A stretch of 32,000 nt of DNA from Candidatus Saccharimonas aalborgensis (lineage in GTDB: Bacteria; Patescibacteriota; Saccharimonadia; Saccharimonadales; Saccharimonadaceae), in NCBI RefSeq assembly GCF_000392435.1, contig NC_021219.1:90001-122000 (forward strand). Reading direction: 5' to 3'. The notes under the pieces are model-generated. The model was not told the DNA's origin, made no database searches, and was given only the letters and a program-made list of their open reading frames with translations. How positions within the stretch are numbered: the stretch's first letter is position 1; every line of letters begins with the position of its first letter. A program made the position numbers and the translations under genes. Shown here piece by piece: positions 1 to 8,840 of the stretch.

Positions 1-419
1 CTCGCCACAATAATGCAATCTCGGCGCGTTAAAAGCGCACTTGTCGCCGCGTGGCGCAAACGATCGATTTCTTCATTGATGGCCGAATCTTTTTCGATGT
101 ACGTGTCACTGCTCGCAATATATGCCTCGGGCTGATAATAATCAAAGTAACTGACAAAATAATGCACTTCGTTATCAGGGAAAAACTGCTTGAACTCACT
201 AAATAATTGCGCTGCAAGCGTCTTGTTGTGGGCCAATACTAGTATCGGTACATTTCGCTTGGCAATGATATTTGCCATGGTGAAAGTTTTGCCACTCCCC
301 GTCACACCGAGTAGGGTTTGTTGACGCGTTCCTGCGTCGAGTCCGGCCAGCAATTGAGTAATAGCCGTCGGCTGATCCCCAGTCGGTTTATAGGGCGAAG
401 AAAGCTGAAATATATCCAC
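1..419 (-). CDS. uvrB: Excinuclease ABC subunit B (UvrB), N-terminal ~139 codons; gene runs off the left edge of the window
   Basis: Own translation of the minus strand from GTG (417-419): [111 protein letters not shown]... Walker A GSGKT and the YFVSY(F/Y)DYYQPEAY block are diagnostic of UvrB. It is absent from the ORF track because it has no stop in the window. The listed ORF 29..217 is a wrong frame of this gene. Confidence 0.9.
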   Translation of the reverse strand, partial: MDIFQLSSPYKPTGDQPTAITQLLAGLDAGTRQQTLLGVTGSGKTFTMANIIAKRNVPILVLAHNKTLAAQLFSEFKQFFPDNEVHYFVSYFDYYQPEAYIASSDTYIEKDSAINEEIDRLRHAATSALLTRRDCIIVA

Positions 420-442
420 TCAACTATTATACGCGATCGAGC

Positions 443-1228
443 TTACTTGTAGTGAGCACTACGGAGAATATCGTAGGCCTTGTTCATGTCACTTGTGTTC
501 AGGCTGTCAAACGCAGCAGTTTTCGTATCGTATTTTGGTAAACTCGATGTTCCACCAAATCCTACCGAGCTAAATGAAAGCTGGCCATGTGCGCCATTAC
601 CATAATCCAGTTTCTTACCGCTAATGAGTGGCGTATACCCAAATCCACAGTTCTGCGTTTCGCCCAAGTTTGTTAGTTCTTTTGCAGTAGTAAGGTACAT
701 CCCTGCATGGTATTTTCCATCAATACCCTTGCTTACTACTCGAACGGCGTACGCTCTGTCATCTGACCATTCATCCGCATAGCCCGTTAGCTTCGTCGTA
801 TACACCGACATCACTGAGAGGGGCGATTTATCTTCATCTGAGCATACGCCGCCAATACCGCTAATCCCTGATTCTAGACCCAACACTTTTGTGCCAGTTT
901 CGTTTCGTATTTCAAGACGATCTATCTTGTACTCTCCTGATAACCGTCCGTCTGTAGGCTGCCCAAGATCAACCACCTTCCAGGTGTCCGGCATAGTGAA
1001 GCAGAGCTGCTCATACGTAGCGCAATATTCTTTCGAAACAACAGTAGTTTTTACTTCGTCCGATTTTGTTGTGTTTGAAACTGTATTTGTTTGTGTGGTT
1101 GATTGTTTGACGATGAAGTTTTGGTAAAATACCACACCGAGTGCCGCCACAAGCGCAACCACAAGGCCGACGATTATGATGACGTGTGCGCTACCGTGTT
1201 GGTCATATCTATTGCTCATTTCACTCAT
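443..1228 (-). CDS. Hypothetical single-pass membrane-anchored protein (261 aa)
   Basis: ATG ORF with AGGA just upstream. One N-terminal hydrophobic helix (HVIIIVGLVVALVAALGVVFY), then a Thr/Ser-rich linker and a Cys-containing globular part. Lies 23 nt upstream of uvrB on the same strand. No family recognised. Confidence 0.6.
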   Translation of the reverse strand: MSEMSNRYDQHGSAHVIIIVGLVVALVAALGVVFYQNFIVKQSTTQTNTVSNTTKSDEVKTTVVSKEYCATYEQLCFTMPDTWKVVDLGQPTDGRLSGEYKIDRLEIRNETGTKVLGLESGISGIGGVCSDEDKSPLSVMSVYTTKLTGYADEWSDDRAYAVRVVSKGIDGKYHAGMYLTTAKELTNLGETQNCGFGYTPLISGKKLDYGNGAHGQLSFSSVGFGGTSSLPKYDTKTAAFDSLNTSDMNKAYDILRSAHYK

Positions 1229-1281
1229 GTATCCTATTTATGCTTTTACCATTAGTATACTCTTCGTAATAATGATTACAA

Positions 1282-1902
1282 TTATCCTCTCCGTTTGGTA
1301 TGAATTTCATCGGGAGCTATCTCGTCGCGTGCATAATCAACATCATGAAAATCAGCGTAATGTTTATCGAGCGCCTCTACTACTTTTGATACGAGTCGTT
1401 TTGGATCGGTATCGTATATGACATCCTTTGCTCCTGGAGCTTCGATATATTTGAGAAGCGTTGCGGCATAATCAGCAAGTCCACCGCTGCCGAGCAAAAT
1501 ACCGCATACCTTTCGACTTTCGAGGGCGGTCGCAAACTCGTGCAAGCTTCCCATACGACCACCGACGGTGATAACCGCATCCGCGCTACGCACGAGATGT
1601 ACATCACGACCGACGTATTCCATACTGGTAAAGTTGATGTAGTCAAACTCTTTGGTAGGTAGCCGATAGGTAGCGACGTGTTCTCGGTATGAGCTTGCTG
1701 GTGAAAAGCCGATCGATACACCTTTGGAGTTTTTTACGCTAAAAAAACCTTGCGCCGCATAATGCGGTAACCCCACCGTTGCGCCAGTTAGGAGTGTCTT
1801 ACCCGCCTTTGCAATTTCAGCACCGAGCGCATACGCCAGGTCATGTGCTTCTTTAACTGTCTCGCCAGAGGCTGCCCCCGACACGCATATTTGGTATTTC
1901 AT
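1282..1902 (-). CDS. LOG/SLOG-type Rossmann-fold nucleotide-binding protein (TIGR00725-like, lysine-decarboxylase-like family)
   Basis: 206 aa. N-terminal 'ICVSGAASG', 'LLTGATVG', and a 'VGGRMGSLHEF' block resembling the LOG-family PGGxGTxxE motif. Its start overlaps the upstream kinase stop by 4 nt (1899-1902). Confidence 0.65.
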   Translation of the reverse strand: MKYQICVSGAASGETVKEAHDLAYALGAEIAKAGKTLLTGATVGLPHYAAQGFFSVKNSKGVSIGFSPASSYREHVATYRLPTKEFDYINFTSMEYVGRDVHLVRSADAVITVGGRMGSLHEFATALESRKVCGILLGSGGLADYAATLLKYIEAPGAKDVIYDTDPKRLVSKVVEALDKHYADFHDVDYARDEIAPDEIHTKRRG

Positions 1903-3395
1903 CCGTGAATCTCCTCTGCCTTATACCACTCAGGTGCTTTTGCTATATATTCCTCAACCTCTTTTGGACGCAATAATCCGGCTTGTGCTCCTAGTTGCTG
2001 AACAACACTCATACTATTGATCGGTGCCCACGTCAGTGCGGTCTCAATTGTCTCGCCTCGTGCGAGAGCTGCAACAATAGTCGATGCAAAGGCATCACCA
2101 GCGCCAGTTCGATCATATGGCGGAGCGGGATCAGGATAGTTTGGAATCTTGTAGAGTTTCCCGTCATGCGATGCATATGACCCATTGGGACCATCGGTGA
2201 TAACAACGATAGCCGGGCCCAACGCGTGCAGACCATCTGACAGCTCGCGGAGAGACTCATAAGACTTCCCCGTGACGTCAACCGCTTCTTCACGGTTCAT
2301 CACGACAATATGCGCCCTTTTGTACAACGCGGCTAATTTCTTGGCACCCCACTTGAAGTGAAATGTGCCTGGCTGAAACGCTAACTTTACATCAGGATGC
2401 TTCTCGAGGTACTCGAGCAAATCTTGGTGCAACGGCCAACTATCAGGGCTTATGAGTGATAGGTATATCCAGTCAGGCGTCGTAATCGGCTCGCGCCAGC
2501 GATATTGGTAGGCCTCATTTTTAACCAGAATTGTACGGTCAGCCCCATACCGTAGTACATAGTAGGTGCTACTCGGAGTATTCTTTTGTACGATTAACGG
2601 TTTTGTGTCGATGGATTCATGAGCAAGATAGATGAGCGAATCCTTGCCTACTTGATCATCACCAAGCCAGCTCATCAGTCCCACTCTCAACCCTAGCCGA
2701 GCGCACGAAACGGCAGCGTTTGGTGATGGCCCGACACTGCGCACGATATCAGCCCGTTCATAGGGCGGTTTACTGCCAAAAGGAATCCGCAACCACTGTT
2801 TGTCATCATTGTCTTTCTCAATGCTCGCTTCTTCCTCGAGTAGCTTAATGAACACGTCAGTAAAGATATCACCCACGCACAGAATATACGGGGCTTGTTT
2901 ACTTTTCTTCTCAAAAACCTTCTGCTCGTGATAGTCACCCATATCACACGCGCTAAGGCCTCCTTGAGAGACGAGTTCGTTGATCGCAACCTCGTCGTCA
3001 CCATCAGCCGCCACATAGCGCGCCGCAAGGCCATGTTGTAATTGGCACTGGAGATGTTTGTTTGTACGGAGTTCAAACGTCTGTGAGGTATTTTCGAGTA
3101 CATCGTCGTGATTAAAGGAAATTGGTTTGCCCTCTAGTATGAGCCCGACATCGTCACTGAACGAGAATAGCTCGCGGTTGGCCGCATGGGCATTGAGCGC
3201 TTTGTACAACTCAAGTGCCGTAGTGTCAGCCGGATCAAGACCGATGGAACGCATAATATGGTGAGCGCGAGCCGTAATGTCGGCGATATAGGCAACGTCA
3301 ACACCACGGTGACCCGTCATGCTTTCTAGTTGTCGAAGTGATGAACTAAACAGTGGTTCATGCGCATCGAGAAGTTGCTTCAAAAACTTTGCCAT
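1899..3395 (-). CDS. PfkB-family carbohydrate/nucleoside kinase with an unassigned ~165-aa N-terminal domain (498 aa)
   Basis: The C-terminal ~330 aa carry PfkB hallmarks: 'ILCVGDIFTDVF' N-terminal strand, 'GPSPNAAV' sugar-binding-type motif, and the signature 'DRTGAGDAFASTIVAAL'. Residues 1-165 resemble nothing I recognise. Confidence 0.8.
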   Translation of the reverse strand: MAKFLKQLLDAHEPLFSSSLRQLESMTGHRGVDVAYIADITARAHHIMRSIGLDPADTTALELYKALNAHAANRELFSFSDDVGLILEGKPISFNHDDVLENTSQTFELRTNKHLQCQLQHGLAARYVAADGDDEVAINELVSQGGLSACDMGDYHEQKVFEKKSKQAPYILCVGDIFTDVFIKLLEEEASIEKDNDDKQWLRIPFGSKPPYERADIVRSVGPSPNAAVSCARLGLRVGLMSWLGDDQVGKDSLIYLAHESIDTKPLIVQKNTPSSTYYVLRYGADRTILVKNEAYQYRWREPITTPDWIYLSLISPDSWPLHQDLLEYLEKHPDVKLAFQPGTFHFKWGAKKLAALYKRAHIVVMNREEAVDVTGKSYESLRELSDGLHALGPAIVVITDGPNGSYASHDGKLYKIPNYPDPAPPYDRTGAGDAFASTIVAALARGETIETALTWAPINSMSVVQQLGAQAGLLRPKEVEEYIAKAPEWYKAEEIHG

Positions 3396-3397
3396 AG

Positions 3398-4381
3398 CTA
3401 CTCTTTACTCCGTTGATTAAGGGGCTTTTCGTGAATCGGCATTTCGTGCAGTGTGCTATGCTTGTGCAAAATACCAGCCTTGGCGCCTATCTTTGTCACG
3501 ACCGATGTCGAATTTGCGCTCGCAAATACGATTGACTCGCGCAAGCTTTTGCCCTGTGCCCACTGACTCAAAAAACCACTCGCAAAGGCGTCACCGGCGC
3601 CAGTTCGATCAACCACCGGCACATCCTCATACATACCAGCTCGTACTATCGTCTTGCCGTCAGTGGCTACCACACCGTTTGGTCCATCGCTCACGATAGC
3701 CACTGGTACATAATTGAGAGCATGAAGCGCTAGCTCCTCACAGGTCTCACCTGAAACCAGCATTTGCATCTCCTCTTTGTTTGTGCAAAGCACATCGACA
3801 CCGTCAAGGAGGGCTACGAGTTTGTCATGTTCGGCAAGCTCGGGACCGGCGGGGTTGAGCATCACTTTGACATTGTGTTTTTCGGCCATATCGACTATCT
3901 CACGGAGCAATGGCAACCCTCCATCCCCAAGACTTGTTGGGTAAATCCAGTCATAGTCACCAATCACGTCAAGGTTGAAGTTATGCCGACCCGTGCGACC
4001 AAATGCTCGGCCACGGTGATTGAGAATCGTTCGTTCACCGTTTGTAGCAATCATAATGACCGAGTAGCCTGACTGAAAGTCACGTGCCTGTACTACATGT
4101 GTCGTGTTGACCCCCTCGTTATCGAGGTCCTGGAGGATCGACTGGCTCGCAGGGTCTTCGCCCAGCCCCCACAAATACGCACTCTCCAGTCCTTGACGAG
4201 CGAATGTCACCGCCACATTCGTCGCATTGCCACCCGTGCAAAAATGAACATCCTCGACTTCCATCTTGAGACCAAGGGGCAAATGAGTATACATATGTTT
4301 ACCCTCTTTGTGCGGATCAAACTCATCACTCTTAAGGAACACATCTTGCGTACCCTTACCGATTGCAAGTATTTTCACCAC
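3398..4381 (-). CDS. PfkB-family sugar kinase (ribokinase/phosphofructokinase-B-like), ~327 aa
   Basis: 'KILAIGKGTQDVFL' N-terminal strand, 'GGNATNVAV' and the signature 'DRTGAGDAFASGFL'. The track ORF extends to ATG 4435, which would overlap the aldolase gene by 53 nt. GTG at 4379-4381 gives the family-typical N-terminus (M)VKILAIG, sits 1 nt after the aldolase stop (4383-4385) and has GGAAAGG upstream, so I prefer it. Confidence 0.8.
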   Translation of the reverse strand: MVKILAIGKGTQDVFLKSDEFDPHKEGKHMYTHLPLGLKMEVEDVHFCTGGNATNVAVTFARQGLESAYLWGLGEDPASQSILQDLDNEGVNTTHVVQARDFQSGYSVIMIATNGERTILNHRGRAFGRTGRHNFNLDVIGDYDWIYPTSLGDGGLPLLREIVDMAEKHNVKVMLNPAGPELAEHDKLVALLDGVDVLCTNKEEMQMLVSGETCEELALHALNYVPVAIVSDGPNGVVATDGKTIVRAGMYEDVPVVDRTGAGDAFASGFLSQWAQGKSLRESIVFASANSTSVVTKIGAKAGILHKHSTLHEMPIHEKPLNQRSKE

Positions 4382-4382
4382 G

Positions 4383-5294
4383 TCAGCGTACAGCCTTTCC
4401 AGTACTCCCAAAGGCGGCAATCTTTTCCTCGACAACTGCCTGAACTGCCTCGTAGACTGTCGGCATCAGTTTCACGACGGCATACTCATCGGGGTTTTCC
4501 TGTAACACTTTGACAAGCGTATCGCGGAATACTATCCGCATATCAGTATTGATATTGATCTTGCTAACACCCGCTTTGCTGGCTTCCTCGAAGTAATTCA
4601 GAGGTGTGCCTGATCCTCCATGCAAGCTAATTTGGCAGTCAATTGTCTCTCTAATGCGAGCCAGCAACTCGAGATCGAGTTGTTTTGGCACATCATATTT
4701 GCCATGCAAATTGCCTATGGCTGCCGCGAAGGTATCAATTCCTGTCGCATCGACAAACGCCTTGGCGGTTTCAGGTGTTGAGAAGGTTTTTTTGATTTCT
4801 TCGTAATCAATTCCCTCGTGGTGGACATTGCTCCCGCCCGCAAAATAGTGTGGCTCACTCTCAACGAGTGCCCCCGTGAACTTTGCATATTCCACGACTT
4901 CACGAGTTTTTTGTATGATTTCTTCTTCGGATGCATCGTGATTTGCCTGGGAGATATCAATGTGGATGAATTCAAACCCAGCGTCAATTGCCCGCTTACA
5001 GGCCTCGACCGAGGGACTATGGTCGAGGTTTATGTAGATTTCTATGCCATACTCGTCTCGATAGTTATCAACCATATCGCGAATATTCTCGAGACCAAGT
5101 GCCTCAACTTCACCATGGCTGACTTCGACGAGTACGGGAGCCGTGAGTTTTTGGGCTGCTCGACAGACAGCGATCAGTGTTTCTTGGTTATCAATATTAA
5201 ACGCGCCGACCGCAAATCCCTGCTGACGACTTCGCTGCATCAAATGCCGTGCACGAATCGTCCGATCACGGATTTCGCTGATTGTCAGTCCCAT
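4383..5294 (-). CDS. fba: Class II fructose-/ketose-bisphosphate aldolase
   Basis: 303 aa. 'GFAVGAFNIDNQETL', 'INLDHS', 'SLHGGSG' and 'KININTD' are typical of class II (metal-dependent) FBA/tagatose-bisphosphate aldolases. Confidence 0.9.
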   Translation of the reverse strand: MGLTISEIRDRTIRARHLMQRSRQQGFAVGAFNIDNQETLIAVCRAAQKLTAPVLVEVSHGEVEALGLENIRDMVDNYRDEYGIEIYINLDHSPSVEACKRAIDAGFEFIHIDISQANHDASEEEIIQKTREVVEYAKFTGALVESEPHYFAGGSNVHHEGIDYEEIKKTFSTPETAKAFVDATGIDTFAAAIGNLHGKYDVPKQLDLELLARIRETIDCQISLHGGSGTPLNYFEEASKAGVSKININTDMRIVFRDTLVKVLQENPDEYAVVKLMPTVYEAVQAVVEEKIAAFGSTGKAVR

Positions 5295-5301
5295 TGTCTC
5301 G

Positions 5302-5310
5302 CCCCCCCCC
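5302..5310 (-). repeat. Homopolymer G9 (C9 on the plus strand) occupying the Shine-Dalgarno position of fba
   Basis: Plus strand reads ...ctcg ccccccccc tgtag... On the minus strand the G9 run ends 7 nt before the fba ATG (5292-5294). Confidence 0.9.
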
Positions 5311-5414
5311 TGTAGAAGTTGTTATGCTTATCTGTTATATAGTATACCACCCGCATCCCACAATTAAACCATTGATTTGTACATAAAATGTAAGAAATTA
5401 CTACACCGCATTGA

Positions 5415-6686
5415 TCATGATTGAGCACGTATAATTCGATCTACACTAGGAAGAAACTTCTTAGGAGCAGATATATGCGTGTGCCGCGGCTGAGTAGAGG
5501 CGTGAGCTATGATGGCGTCAATGGCCGCGCAGACTTCTGGGATAGTGACATCCCGAGCACCCTCGACGAGCGTTTCGATCGAAACTGGCGCCCAGCCAAG
5601 TTCAAGCGTATCCATGTGCAGTGCGCTTCGCTCCTCGATACCATCGAGCGTGCGCAGTAACATACCGAGATGCCCCGCACGTTTTGCGTCGAGTAAGGCA
5701 GGCAAGTATCCCGCCGAATCGACTTCAAATAATTGCCGTTGCAGGCGTCGGATGGGGCGCACGTTTTTTGCACTCGCCTCAGTGTATGCCAAAAGTGTCT
5801 GCGCTCCAGGTGCCGTAGTTTCGGACAACAGCAGGCTACTGCCATAGGCGAGCCCGCGTTTCTCACGTATCTCTTGACTCAGCCAACGTTCCATGGCATC
5901 CATAGCAATTCGATAGGCAGGGTCATACGAAAAGAACATTTCTTCTAGCTCGCGAGAGAGTGGCAGGCTTTCGGTTAAGTAAGCGCTTTCCCCTCGAGGC
6001 AAGATAAGTCCACTCGATGCCGTATTGATACGTACATTCAACGCTCTTCTCTTTTTGTCAGTCGTATCCCCTAGTGGGGCATCGAAATATTGCTCAACTG
6101 ACTCAACTACCTCTTCGTGCGAGAATGCACCTACTGCCACCACTGCCATAGCGCGCACCCGGTAGTAACGAGACCAGAAGTCTCGCAACATGTCGGCAGA
6201 GAACATTGGCTGGCGATAGCCTATGATCGGCCGCGCGACCGAACTACCAAAGAGCGCATACGAAGCCGCCATATCATGCTTAGTCTCAGGGGTCAACGAA
6301 CTCAGTCTCTCTTCTTCGATGATCGACATTTCTTTTGCAACGGCATCGACAGGAAACGTAGGATGGAGCATTACCTGGCTTAGATAGCGCATCAACGGGT
6401 CGAGGCGCTCACCCTGCGCATGATAGGCAGTTTGGACATTGGTAGTATACGCGTTTGTTGTAAAACCATGTGCATCGACAAAATGCTCCGCTGCCTCAGC
6501 ATCGATAAATTCATCTGTTCCAAGATGAAGCGCGTGCTCAAGCGCATGCGCCTTGCCGGCATCTCGTTTCGGTCCTTCAAGTCCCCCTATACCTACGTGG
6601 ACATGGACAAGACCAGTGTGAGCACCAGGCATGTGATCGGTATAAACAGTGAGGCCGTTTTGGAGGCGGCTTGACTCAATAGACAT
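5415..6686 (-). CDS. M16 (pitrilysin/insulinase) family zinc peptidase
   Basis: 423 aa. Inverted zinc motif HxxEH present ('AHALEHALHLGTDEF'), with two-domain M16 length and organisation. Confidence 0.8.
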   Translation of the reverse strand: MSIESSRLQNGLTVYTDHMPGAHTGLVHVHVGIGGLEGPKRDAGKAHALEHALHLGTDEFIDAEAAEHFVDAHGFTTNAYTTNVQTAYHAQGERLDPLMRYLSQVMLHPTFPVDAVAKEMSIIEEERLSSLTPETKHDMAASYALFGSSVARPIIGYRQPMFSADMLRDFWSRYYRVRAMAVVAVGAFSHEEVVESVEQYFDAPLGDTTDKKRRALNVRINTASSGLILPRGESAYLTESLPLSRELEEMFFSYDPAYRIAMDAMERWLSQEIREKRGLAYGSSLLLSETTAPGAQTLLAYTEASAKNVRPIRRLQRQLFEVDSAGYLPALLDAKRAGHLGMLLRTLDGIEERSALHMDTLELGWAPVSIETLVEGARDVTIPEVCAAIDAIIAHASTQPRHTHISAPKKFLPSVDRIIRAQS

Positions 6687-6763
6687 ATCCCCACTATAAG
6701 AGATGAGACGTCACATGCAAGCATGGGCGGATTAGCACTGAAAACGAGAGGACGCCCGACAGG

Positions 6764-7762
6764 TTAATACCCGGGTTTGTACTGCGGTCGTGAGTGAACA
6801 AATTGCTTCACACGGTCGGTAATTGCGTTATCATCGAGACCAAAATGCGCCAATACCTCTAGCGGTGCACCGGACTCGCCATAGCGATCTTGCATACCAA
6901 TCCGCAACAGCGGTGCCGGCATTTCGTCGCATAGTAGCTCGGCGACAGCACCGCCAAGTCCACCAGCAGCCTGCGCGTCCTCGCACGTGACCGCACGTCC
7001 AGTTTTTTTGACACTCACAATCAGTGTGTTACGATCGAGCGGTTTTATTGTCGGCACATGCACTACTTCGGCAGAAATCCCGCTACGGAGTAGTTTTTCT
7101 GCTGCACGAAGCGCAAACGGCGTTTCAATTCCCGTCGAAAAGAGCGTGACATCGGTTCCTTCTCTCAACACATATGCTTTACCAAGTTCAAACGGCGAAT
7201 CAGACGTACTAAAGATCGGTGTTTTCTCACGTGCGATGCGGAGATAAGAGGGGCTTGGACTTTCAGCAAGAGCACGAGTTGCTTTCTCGGCTTCGATGCT
7301 ATCGCCTGGACAGACCACAACCATATTGGGCATAACTCTCATAAGGGCGATATCTTCAAACATTTGATGCGTCGCGCCGTCGGGGCCTACCGTCGAACCA
7401 CTGTGAGCACCTACTATTTTCACCGGCAAATCGTTGAGTGCTGCGGTTGTCTTGATTTGCTCCCAGTTACGCCCAGGGCTAAAGGCTGCATAGCTGGCAG
7501 CAAACGGTATTTTGCCAGCACGAGCAAGTCCGGCCGCAACTGTCGCAAGGTTTTGCTCGGCAATACCAATCTCGATATATCTGTCGGGAAAGGCTTCGGC
7601 AAAGAGATGCATCTGCACGCTCTCAACGAGATCTGCACACAAACCGACCACCGCAGAATTCGACTCGCCCGCCGCTTTGAGACCCCGTCCAAACCCTGCC
7701 CTAGTAGGCTCACTATCTGGCATTTCATTGTATATATTCTCGTTTAGTGGGTAATTGCTCAT
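6764..7762 (-). CDS. Transketolase, C-terminal (pyrimidine-binding) subunit
   Basis: 332 aa. 'IEIGIAEQNLATVAAGLARAGKIPFAASYAAF' and 'GPDGATHQMFEDIALMR' are typical of the split-transketolase B subunit. Confidence 0.9.
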   Translation of the reverse strand: MSNYPLNENIYNEMPDSEPTRAGFGRGLKAAGESNSAVVGLCADLVESVQMHLFAEAFPDRYIEIGIAEQNLATVAAGLARAGKIPFAASYAAFSPGRNWEQIKTTAALNDLPVKIVGAHSGSTVGPDGATHQMFEDIALMRVMPNMVVVCPGDSIEAEKATRALAESPSPSYLRIAREKTPIFSTSDSPFELGKAYVLREGTDVTLFSTGIETPFALRAAEKLLRSGISAEVVHVPTIKPLDRNTLIVSVKKTGRAVTCEDAQAAGGLGGAVAELLCDEMPAPLLRIGMQDRYGESGAPLEVLAHFGLDDNAITDRVKQFVHSRPQYKPGY

Positions 7763-7971
7763 CGGTCCGATCCTCTCGATAGTCTATAAAATGCTACGAT
7801 AGCAAGCAGCAACGAAGCGAATAAGCCGCCGCCATGTATTGTGCGCAGCGTCTCATCATGTGATGCCTGTATTTGCGAGACTTGTATCGACAAGAGAGCA
7901 TATACAAAGTAGGCTGCGATCACTACTGCGATACCAGCTATCAGGATGTCGATTGTGCGCGACGCTTTCAT
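7759..7971 (-). CDS. Small two-TM membrane protein (70 aa) between the transketolase halves
   Basis: The ATG (7969-7971) overlaps the TAA of the upstream transketolase subunit (TAATG). Its stop overlaps the ATG of the downstream subunit (ATGA, 7759-7762). Two hydrophobic helices: IDILIAGIAVVIAAYFVYALLSI and LFASLLLAIVAFYRL. Confidence 0.6.
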   Translation of the reverse strand: MKASRTIDILIAGIAVVIAAYFVYALLSIQVSQIQASHDETLRTIHGGGLFASLLLAIVAFYRLSRGSDR

Positions 7972-8831
7972 TACTCATGCTCCCCGCGGATTCGACCACC
8001 CATGGTACGAAGCTCTTTGAGCGCCTCTTTGGCTTGATCTTTGTTGGGCGGAATGCCGTGCCACTTGTAGTTATACTCCATGAAGTCGACATTTTTCCCA
8101 GGGATAGTGTGCGTAATGATGACACTCGGACGATTTTCAATTGCCTTTGCCATACCGACCGCGTCGATAATGCTTTCGACGTTGTGGCCATCGATCTCTT
8201 GGACATGCCAGCCAAAACTCTCCCACTTACCACGCAAATCTTCAAGCGGCATGACGTCTTCAGTCGGGCCATCGATCTGGATATTGTTACGATCGACAAA
8301 TACGATAAGTTGCGATAACTTATATTTTCCCGCGAACAGAGCTGATTCCCAGATGTTGCCCTCATCGAGTTCACCATCACCCGTCACGACATAGACCCAA
8401 CGATGATGTTGATGATCGAGATACTGAAGTGCATACGCATACCCAGCACCCTGGCCGATACCGCAGCCGAGCGGCCCGCTTGTGTTCTCTAGTCCAGGCA
8501 ATTTAGTTCGCTCAGGATGACCCTGAAGTCTCGTGCCAAGTCGGCGCAGCGTCATCAGCTCATCGACCGGGAAGTAGCCTCGATGCGCCATCACCGCATA
8601 TTGTACGGGCACACAGTGTCCGTTGCTAAGCATAAATATATCTCTGTCAGGATCGTCAGGACGAGCCGGATCGATATTCATGGCGTCAAAATAAAGTGCC
8701 GTTACGAGATCAGCTAACCCCAGGGGACCCGCCGAGTGACCGCTCCCCGCGTGTTCGAGCATACGCACGATATCTTTTCGCACTTCATTTGCTTTGGTCT
8801 CTAGTTGTGTAATCGTCAATCGCCCACTCAT
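7971..8831 (-). CDS. Transketolase, N-terminal (thiamine-diphosphate-binding) subunit
   Basis: 286 aa. 'GSGHSAGPLGLADLVTALYF', 'GHPE' and 'GDGELDEGNIWE' are typical of the split-transketolase A subunit. Confidence 0.9.
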   Translation of the reverse strand: MSGRLTITQLETKANEVRKDIVRMLEHAGSGHSAGPLGLADLVTALYFDAMNIDPARPDDPDRDIFMLSNGHCVPVQYAVMAHRGYFPVDELMTLRRLGTRLQGHPERTKLPGLENTSGPLGCGIGQGAGYAYALQYLDHQHHRWVYVVTGDGELDEGNIWESALFAGKYKLSQLIVFVDRNNIQIDGPTEDVMPLEDLRGKWESFGWHVQEIDGHNVESIIDAVGMAKAIENRPSVIITHTIPGKNVDFMEYNYKWHGIPPNKDQAKEALKELRTMGGRIRGEHE

Positions 8832-8840
8832 GCTACTTCC

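Noticed and set aside
29-217. Track ORF of 62 aa on the minus strand at the left edge
   Set aside because: It is an alternative frame inside the clearly recognisable uvrB coding sequence (a different minus-strand frame carries GSGKT and YYQPEAY). Low-complexity Ser/Ile-rich translation with no start context.
6720-6760. GGGCG...CGCCC inverted repeat between the transketolase C subunit and the M16 peptidase, considered as a terminator
   Set aside because: It is a 5-bp stem with a ~23-nt loop and no following T-tract on the transcribed (minus) strand. This is not convincing as an intrinsic terminator.
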